NCBI RefSeq assembly: GCF_964355755.1
Contig: NC_092680.1
Location: 12,905,045 to 12,969,044 of the forward strand
Reading direction: 5' to 3'
DNA length: 64,000 nucleotides
DNA from: Antedon mediterranea
Lineage: Eukaryota > Animalia > Echinodermata
Position 1 is the stretch's first letter. Each line of letters begins with the position of its first letter. The notes beneath the pieces were generated by a model, which saw only the letters and a list, made by a program, of their open reading frames with translations, was not told where the DNA came from and ran no database searches. Of this stretch, positions 41,701 through 53,700 are shown piece by piece. The translations under genes and the position numbers were made by a program.

Positions 41701-44700
41701 AAAAGTAATTTTAATATTCATAAAATGGAAATAAAATTTAGATTAAAAAAAAAAAAAATACCTGTGAGGCAAGTTTAGCATTTTGGACCCTAAAATCTGA
41801 CACTTGATTGCGCAATGTATCTAGTTGCTCGGTCAATAACCTGCAAGAAAATAAAGGAATTAGAATTATCTGAAAATAACAATACAACTTCTTTTATTAT
41901 AGTTTAGATACTTAGTGTAAAATAACATTTAATTTTAAATGATTGTTTTATTTTCCATAACTTAACAATTAAATGAAGATTAATTAAATCAGACGTTGAA
42001 TATGTTATTTTGTAGTTTCATCACAAAAAAAACCCAAATAATTTTTCATTATAAAATAAACAAATAAATGGTTAAATCAACCAAAAACCCATTAGCTGGC
42101 AGCCAATATTTTTTTCAGGTAAATAAATTGTTTTTCGATCCAATTTTTGGTCAAAGTGTTATGTGAGACTAAAATGGCATATTCTACAGAAATTTTTTAA
42201 GCATTTTTTTTTCAGGGATACAATACATCTTTAAGGAAAGCAAAAAAACACACTTACCTAATTTAACCATTAAGACATGGCAATATTACACTTACTTTTC
42301 GTTCTCTTTCCTCTCAATTCTATATGTATCAAATTCCTTCTTTAGTTGCTGGAGAGCAGCTCCTGTATCTTCAGAGGCTTCATTTCTAAGTGTCGCACCT
42401 GGACTTTTAAGATTGCTGGCTGGTGCTGCTGGCGATGAACTAGGTGGCATATGTGCAGACGCAGAACTCAAATTTAACTGTCATTTACACACAAAAAAAA
42501 ACATCTTGAAAGAATTTCATTTAGCTTCGATTTTGTATAGATGACAAATTTCGTTTTTGTAAAAGCTACAAGTTAAAGCTGCATTAACATAACACTCCGC
42601 AGTCAGTTGAGAATGATCTCTGATAGAGATCGAAACGTTCGAGTAAGTACTCCGTTAACTTGTAGCTTTTTAAAAAAAACGAAATTTGTCATCTATATAA
42701 AAAAACATGTAGATTATTATGTTACAACTGTCCTGCATTTTTGTTTATGTATCATACTATCCCAAAATAAATGTAGAACAGAGAGAATTAAGAAATCCAC
42801 ACTCCCATTCCTGATTAACAGTGACCTTATAGTGCAATAATATATATATATGAAATTCGTAATTTTGATAGATAGGCCTAGATACAAGATACAAGATAAC
42901 TTTATTGTCAAAATTGTTAACAATTTCGAGATATGTTTTGTACCTGAGTAGAATAAATAATACGATGTGATAACTATATAAATAAATACAAATGATACAA
43001 GTGACTATCTTGAAAAGTTTTTGTTAAATAAATTGCATGCTGTGTACATTGGAGAAAATCTGAAACGGTTGTGTCAGTCTAACCCTTCCTGATCTACTTA
43101 TAATGATGTCTGAATATAATGGGTGTGATGGGTCTTGCATAATTGTGTCAAATTTCTGAAGTATGAATGTATTAAACATTTCATCTAAAGGTTTCATTTC
43201 TACACCGATAACTCTGCTGGCCTTGTTTACTAATCTCTGAATTTGACTTTTACTGTTTACATTGATATGAGAAAACCAAACAATAATATAATAAGAAATG
43301 ATTGATTGAACAACAGAGGAATAAAACATATGAATAAGATGAGAACTAACATTAAACCGTTTCATTTTGTATATAAAGTACATTCTCTTATTAGCCTTGG
43401 TACGGAGTTCTTTAGTGTTGCTCTCCAAATTTAGTTTATTATCAATTATTAATCCCAAGTACTTATGACTTTCTACTATTTCAACAATTTCATTATCAAT
43501 TTCAATATTTACATGATTTGTTTTATTTTTCCTTCTAAAATCGACAATAACCTCTTTAGTTTTTTTGGCATTTAGTTCAAGAAAATTTTGTTTACACCAG
43601 ACTACAAATTGTTCAACATATTCATTAAACAGGGATGCATTATTTTTTGAAATTAAACCAACTAGGCAAGTATCATCTGCAAACTTAACATTAAATGATT
43701 TACTTGGATCAATATCACTTTAAAAATCAGAATATAATGAAAAAAGTAAGGGTGAGAGAACGCATCCCTGTGGTGCACCTGTATTACAAGTTAACTGCTT
43801 AGATACGCTACCCCTAAACTTAACAATCTGTGTTCTTTCATTTAAGAAATCAGAAATCCAGAGATTTAATCGTGGATTTATTCCTAACTTTAATAATTTA
43901 TCTGTAAGTAAATGAGGCTGAATTGTATTGAACGCTGCAGAAAAATCTAAAAATAATATTCTAGCATAGTTATTTGGATATTCAAGATGACCATACACCT
44001 TTTGCGTGAGCGTCATAACTGCGTCAACTACGCCCCTTTTTTCCCTATAAGCAAATTGGTTGCTATCAATCATACCCTTTGTCTCATTATTTCATATATT
44101 TTTTTTAATTTTCTCAAAACATTTCATGTGGATGGCTGTTAATGCCACTGGCCTATAGTCATTGCAAACAGTACATTTATCATCTATTGGAATCGGTGTG
44201 ATAATAGCAGACTTCCAAAGTTTTGGTACAGTACGACATACATCAACCGACCACTGAAATAGGTAATGAAAAATATACTTTAATTGAAAATAACAGGTCT
44301 TCAGAACTTTCCCCGAGATTTGATCTGGCCCTGTGGCTTTCTTTGACTTGACTTTTTTTTAGGGTTTGTTCCACATCAGTTATATTAATTTGGATATTGT
44401 TATTTCCTTCTTCTCTGTTTGAGCCCATAATAATTTCATTTTGTTTTCCCCGTAAATCCGAAATGTCACTTTTTTCAAACCTGACATAAAAAGTATTTAA
44501 GTTATCCGCTGTGATGTCAGTATCCTTACTCTTATTTAATGCAACTTTGTAATTACCCGTAACTTTATTCATACTTTTCCAAACGTTCTTGATATCACCT
44601 AACTAAATGTGTCCTCAATGTGTTTGGCATAGTTCTGCTTATCTCTTTTAATTACTCGTCTCACTTCCCTTTGTCTAATTTTACAGGCTTCGAAATCTCC

Positions 44701-47700
44701 TTGTTTAAACGTTTCATATTTTTCTTTCATTAGTAATCTTAATTCCTTTGAAACCCATGGTTTATTATTTGCATAGATTTTTACGAATTTGATTGGTACA
44801 ATGGAGTCCTCACAAAACTTAATATATGCTGAGCATCTTTCTACCGTGTCGTCAAGTGAATCGTTCTTAAACGTATCCCAATCTGTTCTATCAAAACAAT
44901 CCTTTAGATCATTTATAGCAACTTCTGACCATATCTTGACCGGCTTTTTAATGATGTTAAATTTTCTTAATTTCTGCTTATACTTTGGCAATAATTGAAT
45001 AAGATTGTGATCCGATTTCCCAATTCCATTTTTTGCTTTTGCCAGGTACGCATTCGGTATATTTCCATAACATTCATCCAATATGCTGTCTTTCCTTGTC
45101 GGTACCTTCACGTATTGATGCCAATGAGGTAGTGCTCTTTTAAGCATACAATGATTGAAGTCACCTAACACCAGCTTTAACGCATCTGGTGACTCGCTCT
45201 CTAATAATCTCATTTCCTGTGCGATTTTTTTCCATGCTTCTATACGACTTCCTTCTTGTTGAACATATGCAACTGACACAAAGATCTGTGGTATTTCTCT
45301 CGGCAAGTAAAAAGGGCGTAGTGCAATCACAATGAATTCAACATCTTGACAGCAATGTTTTTTTGGTTATCCGCACTTGGCGGATAACCCCTTGTTATTG
45401 TCAGGATCTTTTTTTTTTTTCTTTAATCTTCTTTCTTTCCACGAATTTTGTTCGCAGCGTATCTCTAATTCTGGCCAACATAAGATTGTATAACTTTTTC
45501 ATAAGATTGACCTATAGCTGTAGATATGCAGCCAAGCTTTTCGACGGTATCGGAGTTGCGCAGCGTAAGTTACGCGCGATTTTATGAATTTCAATGATTG
45601 ATCATAGATTGAAAACCAAAAGTCATTTTGTATTGAAACTTGGTGAAAATTTAAGTCATATCATGCGCAAACTTTCTATGGAGTAAAAATGCCATGTTTT
45701 ACAGAAAGTTTAAAATTTCAAGATGTGAAAAATCAATTTCTAATCAACTTTCTATGCGTTTCATGTTATTTTGAGCATTTAAAAAATTCCCACGCGTACG
45801 CAATTTTTTTACGCGCGCGTGCGCACGTAGCGCAAAAACATCGTTTTTTTGCTTGATTTTTGTTTTTCCTGTCTTTTTTAGTAAATTTACCAACTTTCAA
45901 ACAATTTCGACTTAAAATCACGTCATACGAGCACGTACAATTAAACAATTTAATTTACGCGCATTTTTGATGAAAAAGTTCAAAAATTGGTCAAAATTAT
46001 GCCTTTTTTTAAACAGTCATAGATTCTAAACTACGTGGTGAACTTTTTTATAATTACATATTCTGGTAGTAGATGAGTTGCAGATATCAAATCATGCATC
46101 AATATGGCTAACCGGACATTGTGACGTCATCGTATGGCCACTCGAATATAAAATATAGGATTTTTGTCTCTTTCCTCGTAGCTCGTCACATTTAATATAG
46201 CGCATCTCCACTTATTTGTATTCCATTTCCCCCATTTTTGTATGTTGTCTAGGTCAATCAATTATCTTTCGCACGATTCACCATTTTAAAAATTGTGATG
46301 ACGTCATCATGTTCAAAAGCGTCAATAACTTTGGTCACTTATTTTTACCTATTCTGCACTGTATGTAGTACCTATACAGTATATAGTGTATACCGTATAT
46401 ACTTAGACGTGACGAAAAATAGAGAGCACACTGAAATTGTTTCAATGCCTTAATCGTTTTTCTGCGCGCAATATTCTAACGTATGACGTGCACGTGGCCT
46501 TTGCGCTGCGGATAACCTAACTCGTCCGTAGTGACGAGTTCAAATCTAGTTACTACCTTGATGTTGTTACACCAACGTGTGTTAATGTATGCGCAGACAC
46601 CACCGCCTCCTTTCCTGTAACATACAGATCTCTATCTCCCCGCACGCATGAGAACCCATCAATACTGACATCTGCAGTGGTATGTTGGTCTTTAAACCAC
46701 GTTTCGGTGAAACACAGTAAGCTAGATTCTCGGAAGTCTTGTATTGCCATACAAGCTTCCAGTTGATCGAGCTTATTACACAGGGATTGAGCATTTCCAA
46801 AAATAACAGTTGGTAGAGGAAGACGATTTAATCGTCTGAGCCTTCCCTTAATTCCTCCTCTGCGTACCCTTTTACGCGGCTTTGGATTGTAATTGAGATT
46901 TAGGTTGCTAGGCCCATCTGTGTTTGGATTTGGCCTTAATTGCAACAACTCCTCGCGGCTGTATGTGATTTTCACGGGCTGGTGATTTCCCATCACAGCT
47001 ACCGGAACGGGCATTTGGGCTGCCGTAACTGCAGCATAATTCACTCGAAAAAAAGATCAAACTGGTACAGAGCCATAGACTAATCATTTTTCTCCGATAT
47101 ATATATATATATATATATTCATGATTTACGTTGAAAATAAACACTGTGCAACACTTATAACAACAAAAACGACATTTAGTGCAGATCCTACTTCAGATAC
47201 GATTTTGTTTGTTTTATCTTTATACTGGGTGACCTCTTCAGTCAAAGACTGATCTCCCAGAGGGCCCAGTTGGTGATCAGTGGCTGTGATGTACTAATAC
47301 ACCGGGGTAACCCCCTACTCGTCTCGAAAGATGTACTAGGTTCTTTAAAGTGCACACGAGCAAGTTGCGTACACTGGACCTACGGTTTATAGTCCTTATC
47401 CGAGAAGACTCGTTCTACCACCAGAACCATGGAGTGAGTGAGCCTCGAACCCCTGCCGATGTTATGGCTACGTGATTACGGTTCCACTGTCTTAACCGCT
47501 CGGCCACTCACCCACTGATGTCGCATGTCTAGCACAGCGCCCTCCATCCACGGATAATTAATAATTTTACTCGCAGTTTTTAAATTTGTAATTGTATATT
47601 CTTTATATTTTTTAATGCATTTATGTATACAGTCAACTCTCCCAATACCGGACTCTCTGAAAACCAGAAACTCTCCCAATACCAGACTTTTTTTGAGGAC

Positions 47701-50700
47701 CAAATGGTCCCAAATTTATATTTACCATTAAAAACACATTCCGAATACCAGACTTTCCAGAAAACCAGACTTATTTGGCCGGCCCAAAGGTGTCCGGTAT
47801 TGGGAGAGTTGACTGTATATATATATATATATATTTTTATATTGGATGGTTGTGTAAATTTTGCTCGTTTTTGATATATATCTTTGTAAATTTGTAATTG
47901 TATATTCTTTATTTTTTTTAATGCATTTTTGTATATATATATATATATATATATTTTTATATTGGATGTTTGTGTAAATTTTGCTCGTTTTTGATATATT
48001 TTTTATGTTAATGTTACTGGACGCAATTTAGTTTTGTACTGCCATGTCTTTGTTTTAATAAACCAGAATAATAAAAAAAAAAATTTCATTTAAGTAAATT
48101 TTCAAATAAAAAACATAAATCCTATATTTCCCATTATCAATTCAAAATATGTAATATTTATTAAAGATTAAAGATGTATTGTCCCCCCAAAACATGAAAA
48201 ATTAAGATTAATTAAATAAGACTTTGAATAGGTTATTTGTAGTTTTACTAAAGTTAATCACTTCTGTAGAAAAAAACGGGGAAAAAAAAGTTTTCATTTG
48301 GTTAAATTAAATATCAATAATTATTTTTTCTGGGGGACAATACATCTTTAAGATATAAAAGTAAATAAAAAAGTAAAAACTTACCACGGGCTGGGCACCG
48401 GTCTGCGCAAGCAATACACGGTACATATCACGTTGACTTACGATTGATTCTACCATTCGCGTTTGATGGGTACGCGTTTCTCTCATCTCCGACAAATCTT
48501 GCAATGCTGCTTCAAGTTGTTTCTTTAACTCAAGTGTCCTAAAACAATATGAAAAGAGTAATAAAAAACCAAATAAATTACAAAAACATACAACTTTAAC
48601 ATAAACATAATTCACAACAAATTTGAACAAATGATAGTAACAAACCTAAAGCTCTGTCTACACTATCAAACTAGTTTGATGATAAAAAAGTGTGATGTGC
48701 CCAAATATGGTAGTGATATATCATCATGTCCATATATGGACACATCACATTTTTTTGTCATGTACAAAAGCTCTGTTCGCACAAGAACAAACAACTTTTG
48801 GCAGAATCAACAAGAAGTTGGAACTCACTTTGATTCAACTGTTTCCTGTTCTTCTTTCTCCTTTTTCTCAGAAATCTCACGGATAACAACTAGAAGCCTC
48901 TCATTCTGTTGCTGTAACTCTGTGATTCCTCTGAAACACAATCATCATTTATAATATAAGATGGGTTCAAGGATGTAGCCAATCAGACGCGCTGAAATGA
49001 GTCACATGTGCATTATTTGTGTAATATATCACCACTAATCAATTCTAACTTTAAATTAATTTTTTTTTAAATCAGAGAGTGAAATGATGTTATAGTGTTA
49101 TAATAATAATAAATACATACTTAAATGAGACCAGATGCTCTGAGATGACTTGAGATGAATTTGACACATCACTAGAGGAAACAGGATTCTCCACATCAAT
49201 GACACGAGTTCCTCTGGCTTCTGCTAACTCCTTTAGCAAAACACGGACCTAAGTAAATAATATAAGTAAAAAATAACACAACAATAATTAGATTAGAAGC
49301 CAGAGATTTATTTATAAGTGGCAGTTCCACTGTAATGTTTGGTTCCCACTACAGACGCATCACAACGATGTAACGCAACGTAAGGGATTTGATCAATCAC
49401 AAGCGATGGATTATTCGAACTGCTGCTTGTCATTGGTCAACTCACTTGCGTTGCGACCTAGTGGGAACCAAGCTTTAATAGTAAAATAGTAGGAATAATT
49501 GCTAACCTGAATAGATAAATCACCAGCCTGTTGCTGAAGACGATGGTTTTCACGAGTCATCTGTGATGCTTTTCTTTCAGAATCATCCATAGCAATTCTC
49601 AATTGCTCGCATTCCTAAAATATAAGCAATTCAATATATTTGGGCCACAGATTAGTTTTTTCAGTTAGCACAGCCTGTGCTTGAAACTAGGCATAATTTC
49701 ATAATAGAAAAATTGGAAGGCAACAAAATTTACAAAATGTGTATATAAAGCTAGTATTACTTATAATCCTAAGAGGGATTTTAGCAATGTAAAACACTGC
49801 TTCTAAGATTGTACTTACCAAAAGAGCCTTGTCTAACTTAACAGATAGCAATTCAGTAGTCTGTAGTGATTTCTCATAGTCTTCACGTTGTTTCTGTAAC
49901 ACTGGTGCTTTCTCTTCAATTTCCTGAAAATAGATTTGTTATTTGTATATTTATTGTTTGTTTTACGTTTATTGTTTGTTTTACATTTATTTGTATATTG
50001 TATTTTTAATTATTTATTAACACTGGAACAAATTAATTTTCCATATGTATGTATTTTGTATATTGGACAGAATAAAGCATTGTATTGTCATTTGTATGTT
50101 TATTCAATGAAGTAGCACAAACATATTCCACAAACAGAAAACAAGTCACACTTTGTCATGTAATAGAAAACCTAATGTATGATAGCACCTAAGTTTTGAG
50201 TTAAAATCAAAATCGTAAGGCATTTAATGAACAGGCAAACTGTTGTTAAGGCAGTTTTCTTGCTCATTAAATGCCTTACGATTTTGATTTTAAATAGAAA
50301 ACATAAATCTAAATATAGCAACTCTGATGTAGCATTCTGATTGGATACAACCACCTTGTTATTTTTTTATATTTGATATCAATAAAAATAATAAATTAGT
50401 AAGTAATGAGCACACTCATGGGTTGTATGGTTACATATCAGCTTTGACCAAGGTAGTGAGTGGTTCATTTGGTTTCATTGCAGTAACACATACCTCAAGA
50501 ATTTGATCAAGATAGTGATTCAGTCTTCGGTTCTCCTCCGTCACTCTTTGGAGATTTTCGGTAGTTTTCACACATTCACTGTAAATCTAGTCATAAAAAA
50601 CAGCATAGGAAGTTAATATAAAAAGAATATTTTTAAGAATTAAGACCTTATAAGGAGCAGTTGGGACTTTATCATGCATTTTGATTTGTTGGATGATGAA

Positions 50701-53700
50701 GTTTAAAACATTTTACTTGTTTTTCGATATAAAAAAAAATAAGACTACTTCTAAATTGACATGAAATCTCACCTCAGTTAAAGTCATACCAGGTTTAAGG
50801 AACTTGCTAGCAGCTGCAGCAGTGGGTGACAAATTGCTAAGCTCCTCTTCATTTAAAGGAGGTAGGCCTGGAAAAATGAAAAGGTTAGCTTACATGAGGG
50901 AAAATATTAAATATATAACATCCTCAAAGAACGAAAAAAAATAGCATAAATTACACAAATAACAACTGTAGCATAGTAAAGCATAGTAACATTATTCTCA
51001 ATAGTTTTTTATTACTTGTATTTACTGGAAACAAACCTAACAATAATAATAATATCCTGGATTTATATTGCGCCTAATGTTGTGAAACCTCTAAGCTCTT
51101 CACATTATTACCCCAGTCATTTTTGGATCAAACACGATGGAAACATACTCCCATAATGCAGCTAGTAATCAGCGCAAAGTTGTGCTTGATCTAACCGGGT
51201 TCTCATTTATACACCAGGGTGGAGAAAGGCAAACGCAACTAAAGTATCTTGCCTAAGGGTACAAGCAATGCGGCGAGAGTTGGATTCGAACCTTGATCTC
51301 ACAATCAGTAGTCAAACGTCCACAACACTGCGCCACACGCCCATTACTATTACTAACTCTATACTATAACTATTTGCAAATTTGTCTCTGGAGAGTGTAC
51401 CTTAATTATAGCTATTAGTGGTATTATCAATAAAGACAAATGTTACCTTTCTTCTTAGCAGCAGTTAATAGATCATTTGCATCTTCTAACTCTCTAGTCA
51501 ATGTGTTCAGCTTGGTTGCTATAGTAGACAAACAGATTTAAAAAAACAATTTAAAAAAAAATCACTTATCATACATTTGTAGAATTTATGAAAGCATAAC
51601 ATAACAAGACAGATACAGATACATTTATTCATCAAATCACAATAAAATAGAAAGAAAATGATGACATGATGAAATGGGGTCTCAAGAAACCAGGAGGTTT
51701 GTGTGATAGAGACTCCAGATTACTTTAACAAAATAATTTAAAAATTTGTTTGCAAAATAATAGTTTAAGTTTAACAGTAAAAAAGATAATGAGGGGAGAA
51801 GAACAAAAAAATACAAGGTGATATACAAAGTTTAGAATGAGCCAAATTGTAGAGGGCGCTATTTAAATAACATCTTAGGCGTCAGTCATTACTTACTAAG
51901 TTCATACTCTTGTTCTTCTTTAGCTTTTTCAACTTCAGATAATTTACTCTCAAAGTTTGTATGTGCATCACTAGCCTGTTTCAACAGCTTCTGTAGCTCT
52001 TCCACTGCCCTGATCAATTCTTTCACTTTGGCTTCAGATTCTTCTGATGAGGCCTAGAAACATGGTAGGTTAAATAAAATATCACTTGAATTTTACATTG
52101 AACACTCTGGGGTAGCACTAACATTTCATTTTGTTTAGCCATTTGGCGAAAGTCAAGATATTTTTTTTAGTCAAATCAGTTTATCTATAGCTAAAATGGC
52201 TAAAGTCCAATTTTTTGAATTTAGCCAAATGAATCGGTCATTAGCCAAAATAAAAAATTGTTGAAATATATTTTAGTTAATTTATCTATGTCAATAGGTC
52301 TATACACTGTTCCCTGAAAGTTTTTGTAAGGCATTTGAGGAGAGAGAGCCATGCCTAAATCACTGTATATATGATTTTAAAAAATAATTGGTGTCGTATT
52401 TTATATGATCAAAACAATTGTTCAAATTGCTTTTAATCATACAGCATTCATACAGTTATCAATTTAATAAGAAACATTTTACAGTTTTCTGAAATCCCCT
52501 GAACGCTATGTTATTTTTGTTTTTTACGCTTGGCTGGTGGCTTCCGTACCACGCGAAAATCGTGTCCTAAGACTTTCACGGTCACCCACCGTCACCGCCG
52601 CGGGTGAATGGTTTTAAATTGGGTATGCTCAAGAGGTGCGAAAGTGCAGTAGCGCAGGCCTAGACCTACAAAATTATGTACGACGGTACATCGTATATAT
52701 GCTAAAGATATTTCTAGCAAACGTATCGTATCGTTTTGAACGTGCAGATAAAATATAGGCCAAAGCACAGGGAAAAGGCGTTTCTGTCGGGGGAGAAATT
52801 TATACCATCCCGGCCCGATTATTTATTACCCAACAACACAGAAGTCGGCGGCCGGCCTTGCTGTTTATATAGTCCGCAATAAATGCACGCGTGTGTTTAG
52901 CTACATCCCCGTTAGACTCTACCATTTCCCGAATGTTGTTTTGTTTACTCTACTGACGTACTGCACGCACGAGGAAACTTTATTAAGGGTGAAATATGAA
53001 ACTACATTGGAACCTAAAATGCATAAATATTGATTTCGATAAGATCATTCATTGAAGATACTATGTTTCTTTTGAATCTGAAAAATAAACCCTTATCGAA
53101 AAATAGACAGTCCCGGTAAATAGCCGACCGTCGGCTGTCATCGATCGTGATAGTTTGGGTAGACTCCATCATCCATGTGCCGTGTAATGTCTGTCTCTCT
53201 GTGCAGTATACCTCCATCATATTGAAATAACAAAGAGACGCCTGGTACAACGAAACAAGTTGACGAAAATGGAGTTTGAACAACATCATAACGAACCAAA
53301 AAAATGCTTGGAGATCGACAAATGGACCTTTTAGTTGGACTTTATGCTTTCGCCAAAATGATTATTTGATTATCTATTTTATCATATGTCATAGCCGTTT
53401 TATTTTTTGCCAATCTGGAAACGTTTTCGCACATGGGGACATGGTGATCGGCCAGTGCGAGCCCAGACACTCAATCAGCATTGATTTTTAATTAATATTA
53501 GATCAGTTTGGCAATCCTATGTAAAGACTAGAGTGAGTGCTCAGTTAAGTTAGGCTGGAACAAACTCCAAAGTGTGAATGCCCAGTTAAGTTGTTAGGTG
53601 TAACTGTTTAGTGGTGGCTGGAACAACCTTTAAAGTGTGAATGCCCCGTTAAATTATTAGGTGTGACTGTCCAGATGGGAAAAAAAAAAGAAAACTAGGG

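Noticed and set aside
43024-47044. Active or domesticated reverse transcriptase gene
   Set aside because: Multiple frameshifts and a 1.2-kb insertion make this a dead LINE copy.
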